Source: Tubiluchus corallicola
Lineage: Eukaryota > Animalia > Priapulida
NCBI GenBank assembly: GCA_030141605.1
Contig: JAQGDQ010002372.1
Coordinates: 248,001-312,000, forward strand
DNA: 64,000 bases
Direction: 5' to 3'
Shown: one piece after another, positions 14,201-26,567 of the stretch
Position numbering within the stretch: position 1 is the stretch's first letter
Layout: every line of letters starts with the position of its first letter
Position numbers and translations under genes: made by a program
Notes under the pieces: generated by a model
Database searches by the model: none
The model's input: the letters and a program-made list of their open reading frames with translations, nothing else
Told to the model about the DNA's origin: nothing

Positions 14201-16461
14201 ATACTTTCATAGTCAATATCCAGATCAATGATAGATAAAAAGATCTGCAAAAATAATAATGTTTAGAGGCAAACTGCTAACCGTATTAAAGTACCAAAGT
14301 AACTCTACGCTAGAGTCACACTTTATCCTAAGCTGATTTCTCATCATTGAATAAACAACAATTTTGAGAACAGCAGTCAGTGCATGCTTTCAAAAAAATA
14401 TTTCAATCCTAATATGGCCAAAGTACAACTAAACGACTTGTATATTCCTAAATATTAATTTATTCACTTCCACATATATATATATATGAACATTTTTCTA
14501 AACAGTATGATTCCATTTTATGGGGGCTTGGAGTATTTTACAGAAGCTTGTACCTGTATATAGAGTAATGAGTGTACACAAACCTTTTCAAAAGGTTGTT
14601 CGCTTCCATCACAAATGCCTTGAAGTTCCTCCACGTACTGCGGAAATGCATCGTTTGCTGCATCAAAAAACTCACTGTATATCTATAAATGAAATTATGT
14701 GCATGTACTGTAATCTACGTAGGATGACACTGGAAATCTATTAGCACTTAGCACCAATTACGTCAAAACTAAAACTTTTTATTCAGGGTTTCACACAGTT
14801 GTAGCTTTGCTTCAAAACAAACAACCCATATGTTTAACTCAACTCCTACAGTAGCAATATCACTCTGAATTTATTTGTTTATAAAAAATAAAACACACCT
14901 GCTGTAAATTTACAGACTCATTACTGAAATAGATTTTACATACCTACATCTACATAAAAATATTTATTCTTGATATCTCATTGAATAAATAAAAATGAAA
15001 ATAAAAAACTATTTCTCTGAAAATATTGTGGTATAATAAAACGTATTCTGCTAATTGCAAGAATAAAATTTTTATTAATTAACTAAAATGTTCAGACAAA
15101 ATTTTATGACACATTTTTGGTTTTAACTATTTATTACACGCTAACGCCACAACCTAACAAGTGACATAATAAAATAACCATGAAACGCAAACAGTAACAT
15201 GGAATTATAGCTAAACAATAAACAATTTTAACTTATTCATTGACAATACAAAATTAACATGAGTAGAAGCAGGCTTATTTCTGATTGGCACACGATGAAG
15301 ACTAGTTGTTTTTTAATCAAGCAGCATCCTTCCTTCCTCTGTGTATCCTGTACAAGATGTTACTCCCTACCAGTAGCTTTCTACATTACATATAAACATG
15401 TGCCTAACAATCCTGTAAATATAATGTTCCACCAACAGCTACACAAGATGGCTATGTTCCAATATCTTCACTATCTTCAATAACTTCATTAACAATCTCG
15501 CTAACTACCAAGTAGTCTACAACTGTAACATTAACCATCCAGATCATATCAGCACTTCACATGCCACAAAACCAATTTAACTCCAGAATATCAATTACAA
15601 TAACAAGTCAATTGTTTGCGGAGAAAAAGATGTTATCAGTTTGAAATTTTAGCTACGAATAATGCTTATCTGACAAAATAACCATTACATTATACCTAGA
15701 GAATGCACAATAAGCTTTGAAGGACATTGTATTTGCTAACATCTTGTAAACATCCTTTTGTTGAGGGTATGACTAATCACTAACTCGTGACGTGACACAG
15801 CAGAAAACATAAACAAGCCATTAGCTTATTTGATATTACAGATAGTAAATATAATAAAATAATAAATCATTAATCTTCATTTACATCACTATTTGAAACA
15901 AATCTTAGTTAATTAGCTACAATAATAATTTGATACTAAAAACAGTAATGCACAATAGGTCACACACCTTCCTCCCCAAGTCACTGTCAATAAATTTCAG
16001 AAAGTAGTCAATATCCGTATTAACTTTGTAGAAATCAGAAATTTGTTGCTTGAACGTCTTTCCCTGAAAATACTTCCTAAAAAATAACTCAACAATGGTA
16101 CATAATTAATAAACATAGTTGATTTACATAACAAGTAAAAAGTGAGAAAATATATTAATGACAGCCTTTGGCTAAGGCTAGTCAAAATTCTGGCAATTAA
16201 TGAATTAGTTAAATAGTTAATCTTAGTTGGGTCAGAACTATAATTTTTCACAAATACGAAGCACGTTTAACTCATGTATTTCTGGTCTAGATGAGCTCCC
16301 AGTCAAGGCAAAAACCATCAGCTTTAATTCTAGAAACTACAGTCATTACAAATTACACACAATTAAAGAGAACTTGACAAACTTACTATAGCAAACCCAA
16401 CATCATAATAGCCACCAGAAGCATGAAGAACTGGCAGAAACAAAGCTTGAGCTGACAACAT
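5032..16461 (-). CDS. tan: Tan-like C45-family (acyl-CoA:6-APA acyltransferase / beta-alanyl-amine hydrolase) Ntn cysteine hydrolase, 9 coding exons, ~392 aa
   Basis: Exons (minus): 16387-16461 MLSAQALFLPVLHASGGYYDVGFAI; 15968-16063 GKTFKQQI..; 14584-14682 ..AFPQYVEELQGICDGS..; 14101-14244 ..HGIAG-CTDVYLN.. (Gly-Cys autocleavage/nucleophile site); 11435-11669 GHTEDA..HIISSSPRGKFAVVEENFTSFIYPGFLPGYCMSFNKYG; 11214-11307 PSVFVTRALLAA; 9679-9819 ..YHCN; 6194-6387 ..LSDTSHLDYPIFR..TLCT; 5032-5132 GIFDL..W. All introns are GT-AG, phases are consistent, and the total is 1179 nt. Motifs are colinear with Drosophila Tan as recalled. Confidence 0.9.
6585..6665 (+). repeat. Degenerate ~15-bp repeat arm (gacatttgggca-type) of a foldback-like element
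   Basis: acatttaggcatggccatttgggcattgg...gacacttgggcac resembles the arm at 29295-29400. Confidence 0.45.
6822..7607 (-). mobile_element. Diverged, one-end-truncated copy of the Tc1/mariner-type MITE at 43037-43853 (in tan intron 7)
   Basis: Reverse complement matches blocks of the 43 kb element, e.g. gtaagtcacaaggaatac, tcaaaaggaaactgctaggcaagtgattaaatgtttag, and the terminal gagtctattaagtggtgactact. Confidence 0.8.
7608..8827 (+). mobile_element. Diverged non-autonomous Helitron of the same family as the 1-3187 array, carrying a (GTG/TGG)-rich low-complexity tract
   Basis: 7608-7980 is a diverged reverse complement of the array unit (aagattcgcggcagctacagc...atcaaacgaaggtctcaatctag...ttttcccggacccaac). 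It ends GCAAAA-TTC-TTTTTGC-GGGGTTTGG-GTAG|T at 8799-8828. Confidence 0.65.
8390..8800. repeat. GTG/TGG-rich low-complexity tract
   Basis: Directly visible; it gives spurious His/Thr/Pro-rich ORFs in all three minus frames. Confidence 0.85.
13265..13950 (-). mobile_element. Possible degenerate 3' fragment of an RTE-like non-LTR retrotransposon (tan intron 4)
   Basis: GC-richer block ending on the minus strand in a (TATG)n tail. Decayed translation fragments LRVFKLRWK.. and ..RRFLGSVTSL.. resemble the LRRI..IRW / LRWLGHV C-terminal motifs of RTE elements. Confidence 0.4.
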
Positions 16462-17247
16462 GACCACTAAATCTACTGGCTTTTTCTTCGTAATCAATTA
16501 CAAAATCATTCAAATTGTGCATATCAGTAGCTAAACAAACTCTGACTTTTCACTTTGCTGGTGAAAGAACTTCTCAGATAGACTGCAACTGTCTGAAGCA
16601 AGCAAGAGCAAGACATGTCTCTGAAAGCATAAAATACGGTATTCTCAAATTTTCCTAAAGATGTGTGAAAGGCACAAAAATCACCAAAGAAACGGATTGT
16701 TTTCAAAACTAACGATTTCTTCCACTCCCTTTCTCAATTGACGTTGGCTCGTTAACTTTGGTTTTTCGCCACCCTTTCTCTATTAATTTTGTATTTTTGT
16801 GCATTTATTTTTATATGTTATATAAAAATGTAAAACAATAAATTAACAACCTTATCTAACCTAATCTTTTTCATCTTATCATTATGCTCCTAGTCCTAGA
16901 CAATTGTTCTAGAGTTTAGACGTGTTTTCTCTTTCTTGGTATAGTTTGCTCAAGTCCCAAGCGAAATTAAAATAAAATTTCGAATGCGAAAAGTCTTCTG
17001 TGCTCTGATATCAGTAAGAACCACAGCGTTAGTAATTTAAGTTTAACGAATTATTAAAAATCCGAAATACAGCTCTGATGTTAGGTCCTCAAATTTGATC
17101 AGCACCTGGGCGGCTCATCATCATTAGGTAGTTACTGGGCAGAGAAATTCTAAAACTGTCACCAAGTCAGGCAAACACAACGATAATACAGCAAAGAAGT
17201 AGACACTGCTAAAGTCTGCTATGCTACTGGCTTGTCAGCATTCACTG

Positions 17248-18161
17248 TTGTAGGGCGCCGAGTAACCCACTAGCCGAAATAGGACACTTCCGGCAAAAAG
17301 CATGTGCTAAATTTGCGCAAATGCAGTGACGTACAAGGGCAGCCCAAGTAGGGCACTGGCGATTTTTGACGGGAAAACGAGAATTAAGATGACATAATAA
17401 GACATAAACCTAAATTTGTTTTAGGGAAAAAGTAACTTTATAGTCCTTGACAATTTACAAAATTAATGTATTTTTACAATAGTATCATCAGTATTATTAG
17501 CTACATTAAAATCATTATAACATTATACTAAGTATCTTATTCTAATGCTTTAAAGAGAGAAAGTATGCACACAGTTATTACAGAAATAATTACAACTTTA
17601 AAAATGAGACAGATGCTGCTTTCACAACACAAAAAAAAGTTTTTTTTTTAATATTTAGGAAAAGCATAGACAATTAGTTTTAATAATATCAGTAGTATTG
17701 TAACATGTAGGGCACTGTCGTACATGGCTTGCTAGCCCATGTAGGGCACATATATCGCTAGAACGTTTACTTAGGAGAAAACAATTATTCGTCCAAGAGG
17801 TAGTGAAATGGATTGCCTGTCTGTGAAGCGAGACAAAATAAAAAATGATATACCTTAAATAAATGTTGAAATCGCTAAAAAGTGGGTTTATTTCACTTCA
17901 ACAACATTAATATCGAAACCAAATTTAATATTGTCCGTTCTACCAGCTCAGAATAAAATTCTTTTATTTTACCAGATGTATAATAAATTATTCGACGTGT
18001 GTTGACGTTTTTAATTGTTATTATTACATAAACAAGGACAACGGACGGTGCCAGTACGCTTAACGACTCAATTCGCGACCTGTCTCTAGTGTCCTACTTG
18101 GGCTAGCCCATGTACGCCAATTGTCCTACTTGGGCTAGTGGATTACTTGGCGCCCAACAAC
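17248..18161. mobile_element. MITE / non-autonomous DNA transposon with ~40-bp imperfect TIRs and internal TAGCCCA.GTAGGGCAC repeats, ~0.8 kb upstream of the tan start codon
   Basis: Left gttgtagggcgccgagtaacccactagccgaaataggacac versus reverse complement of right gttgttgggcgccaagtaatccactagcccaagtaggacaa. The motif recurs near 17341, 17705, 17733 and 18090. TSD not resolved. Confidence 0.75.
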
Positions 18162-19899
18162 TGTCACTCAATCATTCTTCATCATCATCATCATACGCCC
18201 GTCACGTCTATTGTAGACATTGCAGGCAGAATTCTAAAATAAAAGAAATCTGCCTTCAGACAGGTAAACGCAGCAGTAATTCAGCAAAAAAACTAGACAC
18301 TGCTACGCCAGTACCACTTCCGTTGGGAGCCGGAAACCTCGAAGAAATAGGGGCAACCTTTGTTCAATTGGGCCATCTAAGCGCATTTCTAATGTTCCAT
18401 ATATATTCATCTCATTTTGGGAAATTATTTTAAACCACTCATGAAGAGTAAACTGAAATTTACTTTTTATTGTTGAATGACTCTTCCTCTAATTGAAAAT
18501 AAGCATTATAGACGTACAACGGCCAGAATCTGACCGAAATCCTCAACGAACTGACCGTTGACCAACATACAACTAATCGACAAGCAACTATGCCCACTAT
18601 CCAATAGATATCTTTGTAAGTTAGAACCACTACACTCCAGGATACAAGTTCTAAGAGTAAGTGAACATTTACAGTCTAAATAGCATAAATCAAATTAAGT
18701 AATAAAAGTTTAGAATTATTTAAACCTTTATTATTAATCTTGTTGCATGAGAGCAAGAACCTATAGTATCTGGATTCAGGCTTATACTAGAAAATGAGAA
18801 ATGAAGAATTGTCAGTCTTTTGTAAATCAGAATAGTTCTTGTAATTTCATTAACGCAGTAGTTTTTTGTGGGCGTGTTCAAGCTTTCATTTATCTTCTAT
18901 TTTGAAAGCTTTTGGCTACTTGCCAATTTTATCTTTGTGGCATATATATAATGGTTTTGTGCTGACTAGTATGCAACTAATTGCAAATGCATTGATCTTT
19001 CTGGTCTTTAGGATCTGTTTCATTATTAATTTTGATACTAATTAAAAATAATGCAAGTCAAACTGGCAGCACAGTTTCGAGTGCTAAAATGCTTAAAGCT
19101 AATGTAGTAAGTTAAACAATGTGTGTACAGCACGAAATTCAGGGGAGATATCTAAGCGGTTAAGCCAACTTGGTGACTAACTTAGTCGATAACTTCCCCC
19201 TTCATTTTGTTAGAAGTACGCACGCCCGTTCCAATGTAGAGTTTAGGAAAATTTAATTATATCCATGTTACCATTCATCACACGAATTATAATTATAACC
19301 CTCTATTCACTGCTATTTAACTTATATTTGTTGCACAGGTGTGATGATTCAAGAAACTACCACGATAGAAAATTGACAAATCTTAATAAATATTACAAGT
19401 ATATCTACAATTAAAATCGTAAGAGATTTAATGTTTATGTTCGTTGCAGATACAATGCTTTTGCAATTGTTATTGTATACGATTACATTATGGCAGGTGT
19501 TCTTGCACTGGACAATTTATTTATTTGCGGAGGACAAAAAAGTGCTAACTGTTAAAATTAGATTTGGTACACTAGCGCTCTGTTATCACCACCTACAGAT
19601 TCCATGTTTCTGATGTAGCTGTGTCCGTCCAGCACTTAAGAATTAAATACACATTGTTATCGTCCAATTTTAAAAGCCCATTCTTATTTTTACAATAATT
19701 ATTATTAGTTCGACGACTTATAATATTTGCAACTGATGCCGAGAAGCAAGAAAAAGTTAATTTTAAATTGATTTAAGTTGCATGTTTCCATAATTCAGAT
19801 AAGTATAAATCTGGTAGGGTGATTAGATATTATGACCTCTGTTCAATACGAGAAAGTGGTAGCAATTCGTTAATCTGTTAAAGTTGTTTAATTAATTGA

Positions 19900-20335
19900 C
19901 TAGCCAAATCCCACAAAAAATTTTACGCATAAACCCACAATGACAAACCATACTACATGCACCACACCACACTACACCAACACCACACAACCGACACCAT
20001 ACCACTCACTCCACTACCCTACCCACACCATGTCACCCACACAACACTATAGCATGCACAACACCCACATTACACCATATCACCCACATAAAGCCACCCA
20101 CACAATGCCATTCACATTATGCCACAAACACCATGCCACAATCACCATTCATACCGCACCAACCTCATCCACCACCCACATCACGCCACTCATACCACAT
20201 CAACCACAAAACGCCACCCACTTCACAACACACCACCCATACCGCATCCAAGATACCACATCAGCCATATCACAACACCTATATCACATCAACCATAAAA
20301 CATCACCCACATCACAACACACCCACAAAAAGGCA
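19900..20335 (-). mobile_element. Helitron 3' end with adjacent CAC-rich cargo
   Basis: Minus strand ..TGCGTAAAA-TTTTTTGTG-GGATTTGG-CTAG|T at 19899-19930, adjacent to a CAC-rich tract; same architecture as the 7608-8827 element. Confidence 0.6.
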
Positions 20336-21206
20336 TAGGAAAAATGTTACAGGAAAAAAGTGGCACAAGTGGACAAGCAGGTAAAAATGGCACAGCAAAA
20401 ATAGCGCAAATGGAAAAGTAGGTAAGAATGGCATACGTAAAAATTAATGGCACAGGAAAAAATGACACACTTCGTAACATATGTGCTTAGGATTAGGGTT
20501 ACAGTGGGGTATAATTATTTGAGTTATTTTTACCTCTGCCAAAAAAGTTGTGCTTCAGCACAGTTTGCTTGGTTGTTTTTTGTCCGTTATGGCAGTAAGA
20601 CACCATACCACTCACTCCACCACCCTACCCACACCATGTCACCCACACAACACTATAGCATGCACAACACCCACATTACACCATATCACCCACATAAAGC
20701 CACCCACACAATGCCATTCACATTATGCCACCAACACCATGCCACAATCACCATTCATACCGCACCAACCTCATCCACCACCCACATCACGCCACTCATA
20801 CCACATCAACCACAAAACGCCACCCACTTCACAACACACCACCCATACCGCATCCAAGATACCACATCAGCCATATCACAACACCTATTTCACATCAACC
20901 ATAAAACATCACCCACATCACAACACACCCACAAAAAGGCATAGGAAAAAATGATACAGGAAAAAAGTGGCACAAGTGGAAAAGCAGGTAAAAATGGCAC
21001 AGCAAAAATAGCGCAAATGGAAAAGTAGGTAAGAATGGCATACGTAAAAATTAATGGCACAGGAAAAAATGACACACTTCGTAACATATGTGCTTAGGAT
21101 TAGGGTTACAGTGGGGTATAATTATTTGAGTTATTTTTACCTCTGCCAAAAAAGTTGTGCTTCAGCACAGTTTGCTTGGTTGTTTTTTGTCTGTTATGGC
21201 AGTAAG
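19994..21206. repeat. Recent ~607-bp direct tandem duplication (19994-20599 / 20600-21206)
   Basis: Near-identical copies from acaccataccactcactccac to gttatggcagtaag, spanning the CAC-rich tract and the GGTAAAAATGGCAC repeat arm. Confidence 0.93.
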
Positions 21207-21903
21207 CCTGTTATGCAAAAACAGATTTCCTAAGAAAAGTGCTTATAGACTATAGAATGCCAACATAGGAATCTTTTCACCGGTTCTTTTTTCGGAAAAC
21301 TTGACCGAACACCATGTACAAAAAAAATTTCGTAGAGCATTTCGTTGAGGTGGTCAGAGGGAGTGCTTAGTACTTCTTTTTATTACTTCTACAAGGACAC
21401 ACAATTCGCGTTAGTTCCAGGTTCTATTTCGAGAAAATCTCGTTTGTACAACTGAGTAACGCTGTCTATAATTTTTACTTATTATTGTATATAGCCCCAT
21501 AAGATGACTTGGAACATATATATTTGTCAGACTATTACTACCGCCAAAATTAACGGTGACAAAGTAGATAAACCCTATGTAGAACATTGGTGCCTTAATG
21601 AACAAATATTTTGTGAGTCTTTTGCTAGTCTATATAATACCAATGAATACACACTTTTGTATGTTTGCTCGTTTATCTTTGTGTTAAATTTTTTGAATCA
21701 AAAGAACCAGACCTAGTTTTATTATAATTCGTTTTATAAAAATCAATTGCGTTAAAATAACATTATGTGCCATTTTTCCTGTGTCATTTTTACCTGTGCC
21801 ATTTTTCCTGTGCTATTCTTTCGTGTGTCATTTTTCTAGTTTCATGTTTACCGTGCCATTTTTCCTTGTGCCATTTTTACCTGTTCCATTTTTACCGCGC
21901 ACC
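20938..21903. mobile_element. Foldback-like non-autonomous element with inverted arms built of ~15-bp GG(T/A)AAAAATGGCACA repeats
   Basis: Left arm 20938-21075 (also duplicated at 20332-20470). Inverted right arm 21765-21903 (tgtgccatttttcc/tacc repeats ending ..accgcgcacc). Confidence 0.65.
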
Positions 21904-22539
21904 GCGACATAGCTATGGACATGGAAAACAAATATAGCGCTTGTTCCGAATTTTGTAGAAAAAGTGTTCGTTGTTTTGGTCCTTAGTCCTAAATTAATGG
22001 TACCAACAGAATTCAGTGGAACGTTCTGTATAACTAGGAGACAATCTTGCAATTCAAATAAGAATTTTTAAGAAGCCGCTTTAGAATGCAAAAGAGAAAG
22101 TGAAAATTTGGAATTGTTTTGGTTATTGTTTAAGAAAAGCCGATCTGTATAGTAAAAAAATAATAGACTTCATAGTTTGTTTACGTGCTTTTTCTAATGA
22201 CAAATCAACATGAGGTTTAGAAATCTGTAGGCTTCAAATTTTTGCAAACTGAAAAAAGTGAATTTTAATTTTATTGACAGCAAGGTAAGAAGGCATTCGG
22301 TTTGTGTATATTTTTTAATTAAGTTTAACAGTAATCATTAGGCTACAAGATAATATCTAAAACGGAATAGCTGAGTGTTACGGTGTGTGCTTAGATGGGT
22401 GATCTACAGGAAAACTCTGCTATTTTTCTATGTTAGCGATGATACGTGCATTTTCCAACATAGCTGAGACGTTTCTGATCTTAGAGATTATCGTAAAAAT
22501 CCTTAATATATTCTACATTGTTATTATGTTCTGTGTACG

Positions 22540-22703
22540 CGTTTTGCTGAATTAGTTGGCGTTTTATAGTGTCGTCTTTTTATTATGCCATGATTGTAAC
22601 GGTTAATATTAATATCATTATGCCATTGTATTATGATAACTCTTGCGAGCATGGCTTAATTACAAAAACAACAATGTAAAACGCTAACTAATTCAGCAAA
22701 ACG
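22540..22703. repeat. Short palindromic element (~53-bp imperfect inverted arms)
   Basis: cgttttgctgaattagttggcgtttta...gccatg versus catggc...taaaacgctaactaattcagcaaaacg. Confidence 0.75.
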
Positions 22704-23529
22704 TTATGCCTGCACATGACATAATCTGAGTATAACAGACGTAACGAAGAAATAAAAAATTGTCTAACCACCTACTTATTCTGCACAAAGAAACTTCATC
22801 ACTTTCTTAATGGCAAATTTCAGATTGCGTAGTTTTTGTGAAGTAGCCAAATTCAAGTTACCATTGAAGACTGAAGATTGAAATTTAAATTGCATCAATG
22901 GAATTATATAACGTAGACTCTGCAACGCGTTCACAAGCTGTGTGGGAAGTGCGTGAGCGGGACAGTATCATTCCCAAAAATGAATCATTTTGGACGAACG
23001 ACGTAAAACAATGTCTAAATGTAGCTAGTAAGAGTAGCAGCTTTTCCTCAAATATTCATTATAATAATTATACTACATAGTTAACTGGCTTAAATCATTA
23101 ACTAAAAGTCACGCGTAAATGTATACAATTCTAGCGGTTTATAATAGCTTCTGGTGGCTTTTTCGTGTGTCAGCTTAACTGCTAAATTGTATTATCGATC
23201 TGGTCAACCCTGCAGCTGCTTGCATATCCCTAAAGATCTGTTTCTACATTTTACTGCTACTTCTGTGGAAGACGCACCCTTACCTCTCCTCAGTTCTTCT
23301 TAAATGCCGCCAGTTTGTTCGTAGTACTCTCTTTTCTGCTGTTTCTCAAAGGCTTACCCTGCACATTCTTGAATGTAGAATAAGCACTTACGAATACAAT
23401 TTTTTTCCATCGGACTTCTTATCAAAGAATTTCTGTACCAGAAAATTGTTTTCCCGAAAACTGCAGCCTTACACGACTCAAAAAGAATATGAACAGACAT
23501 CTCCTATCGCCCCCAGTTAGTTATATATT

Positions 23530-26503
23530 TGGATATTTATTTATTGGTATTAAAAGTACATACATGACATACATACAATTTTAATTTTGAAATATAATTA
23601 ATGGCACTATATACACACAAAAAATACAAATAAAACAAATATTATTAAATCTTCCTGTTAGTTATATTAGTTATTTAATGAAAAGTTTAATCATCAGTAT
23701 TTAAGAAAATTGTCACTCATTAGGCCTCATTTTCAATGATATGATCATTACCTAGTATATTGTTCATCATGTCGCAAAACCGCTTTTTCAACATAGTCAA
23801 TAACTGCCTTAATTACTTCTAAATCACTACATCCCATCAAGAATAAAAATTTATCGGCATCGCTCATAAAGAAAAATTCTGGAATAATTACATTGATGTG
23901 ATTATATAATTTTCCTTTTAGATAATTATAGTATGTGCATTTTATAACAAAGTGTAATTCGATTACATTTCTTAACCAGTTTCTATACGATTCGCAGCTG
24001 GGATTTTTCTAGGTTTAACGTACCTCCCTCTTTCAATACACAAAGTATGAGAGCTGATTCTCAATTTTGTAAATTTTGTTGTAGAGTATTTGGAAAAACC
24101 AAAAAGTAAATAGTTTTCCAGTTGATATTGTTTTTGAAGGTTCGATACATTTGCAGTTTGTTTTGTCTATTGGGCTTGTTATCATTATGTATTTCTTCTT
24201 TCCAAAACAGAGTATAATCAGTTTGCATTTCTTTCTTCTAATGTATTAAGTAGTCGCTTAAGTGAAAACGTTGTCTGGTTATTCCAAACATGTTATACGC
24301 GCAATATATACTTCACAAAAGTAGTCCAACAAAAACAGTTCTCAGCTAAGTTTCGGTTTTCGTTATAAGCTTGGCATACATAACTATCATAATGTTGGCT
24401 AATATAATAACATGTATCTAGTAGCGGATTGTGTCCTTAATTATTTTAATAAAAATGGGGAAACGGCCCAGTTCTGCCCTCGTCGCACATTTGCTTGATT
24501 TGTTATTGACATTTCCATATTAATATTGGCCTCTTCGATTGGCACACTGTCAAATTTAGTTTGAATATGCGGGAAGTTGTTTTTAATTGTAATAATACTA
24601 AGTCCCTATACACAAGAGCCATATAGTATGGTAGGTTCAGTATGTTCAAATAATTTGATAATAATATGTGGGTTTCCACAGTTTGAGATGTACTTTTTCA
24701 TGCAGTAAAAGCTTTTAGGCCTTTGTCTTTTAGTTTGGTCAGCAAAGCGCCAGACACAAAGTATTCGACCCCTAAGTATTTATAGGATTGGATTATATTC
24801 AACTTATCAGACCCGTAGGTAAAGTTTCAGTTTTAGAATTCTGCCTGCTTTGTTAAAAACAATAATTTCTGTCTTTTTAGTGTTAACTTCCAGAACCTAT
24901 TCCCTACAATAATTATTCAGCTTATTAAGGCATTGTTGCAATCCTGACTGGGAACAAGAAAGTAAGACCATATCACCTGCATAGAGACGACAGTTGGTTT
25001 CAAAATTGCCTAGACTGACGGGATCGCATTCATTAGATGTGAAAACTGTTGGCAAGTCATCGATATACAAGGAAAAGAGAGCTGGGCTCAACGTACATCC
25101 TTGCTTAATACCTAAGGAGGATGGCATATCTTCTGTTAATCGCCAGCTAGTTTAATTAGTTTTGGAGTACATTTTTTGCAAAATCTTAAGGAAATAACCA
25201 CCTACATTATTTTGTAACAGTTTATAGTACAATCCAATTCGCCAAACTGAATCAAAGGCTTTGCGCAAATCAACGAAACAACAATAAAGTTTATGATTTC
25301 GTTTCAAAAATTTATCGATAAGTGTTTTTAAGGTGAACATATGATTACTGGTACGACAGCCCTTTTTAAATCCTATTTGACTGGAGAATGTTATTATCAC
25401 TCAGAAATGTTTCTGACCTATTATTCAGAATTTTCGCAATTAATTTGCTTAACCTGCTTGAAATGGCGATTCCTCTAAAATTGTTTTGGTCTGTTGCATT
25501 TCCACTTTTGTATTGCTTTTCTTCGACTGGGTAGGATAGCAGGAACCAGAAAAGATCAAATTGAATAACTTACGAAGACAAGGGACCATAATTTGGCTTG
25601 AAGCTTTGAGCATTTCGTTTATTAAGCCACCTTTGTTATTTTTTAACTGTCTAATGGTTATCAGGATTTCCGTATCAGCTATTCTATAATCTAGCTGAGA
25701 AAAAGAAGTGCAATTTTCTGCAATATACTCGGACAGTTTTTTAGCTTCTCTCCAGTGGCTATCTTTACTATTCAGTAAACTTCGAAAATGTCCTACCCAA
25801 ACTATTGGTTCAATGTCATCGCCCTTGTTCAAGGTTTTTTCAGGGTTCTGATTACCTTTCATGTGTTTCATTAGGTTCCAAAAAGCCTTCGGATTTTTAG
25901 TTTCCAGTTCAGTTAGTTGTTTCATAACACAGACTTGATATTCCCTGTGTGCTTTCTGCTTGATCTTTTTGTAATACTTCTGTTCTCTAAAGCACCGTTC
26001 TCGTAAGTTACTATTATATGGAGTGTTTTGCAATTTAAAATGCAAGTATTTTAGTCGGTTATGGGCTGCTTTACATTGACTTTTAAACCATTTCTTATCT
26101 GACCGGCGTTTTGCTGGGTCTAGCGTTTATTTTTTATTTAGACCATTTCTTTTTCTTTTTATTTTTTTTATTTCAACTATTTTAGGTGCAGCTGTAAGCA
26201 AAATTGAATTAATGTTATTAACAGCCGCTTCTATCCAGGGCCTATTTCAGCCTAGGCGAGGCCTGGGGAAGTGGGGCGTGTGAGGTCCCATCGGAGGTGG
26301 GGCGAAGCGTCGGGGGGGGGGTATCGTCACCATGGTTGCCGCCCAGAAAATTTTTGAACTGCCAGAACGCCGGAGAAGTATTTTCGAAGAGAAAATATGG
26401 AGTTATACAGTTGTTAAAGGAAAGAACAATTGAAAGAAAAACTGCTTTATTCTCAAGACCAGTCCTTAATACTTGTCAATACTGGCAAACGGCACGCGTG
26501 CAG

Positions 26504-26567
<64 letters not shown>

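Noticed and set aside
16524-16620. 30-codon uORF after a possible acceptor upstream of the tan ATG
   Set aside because: Transcript structure of the 5' UTR cannot be established from sequence alone.
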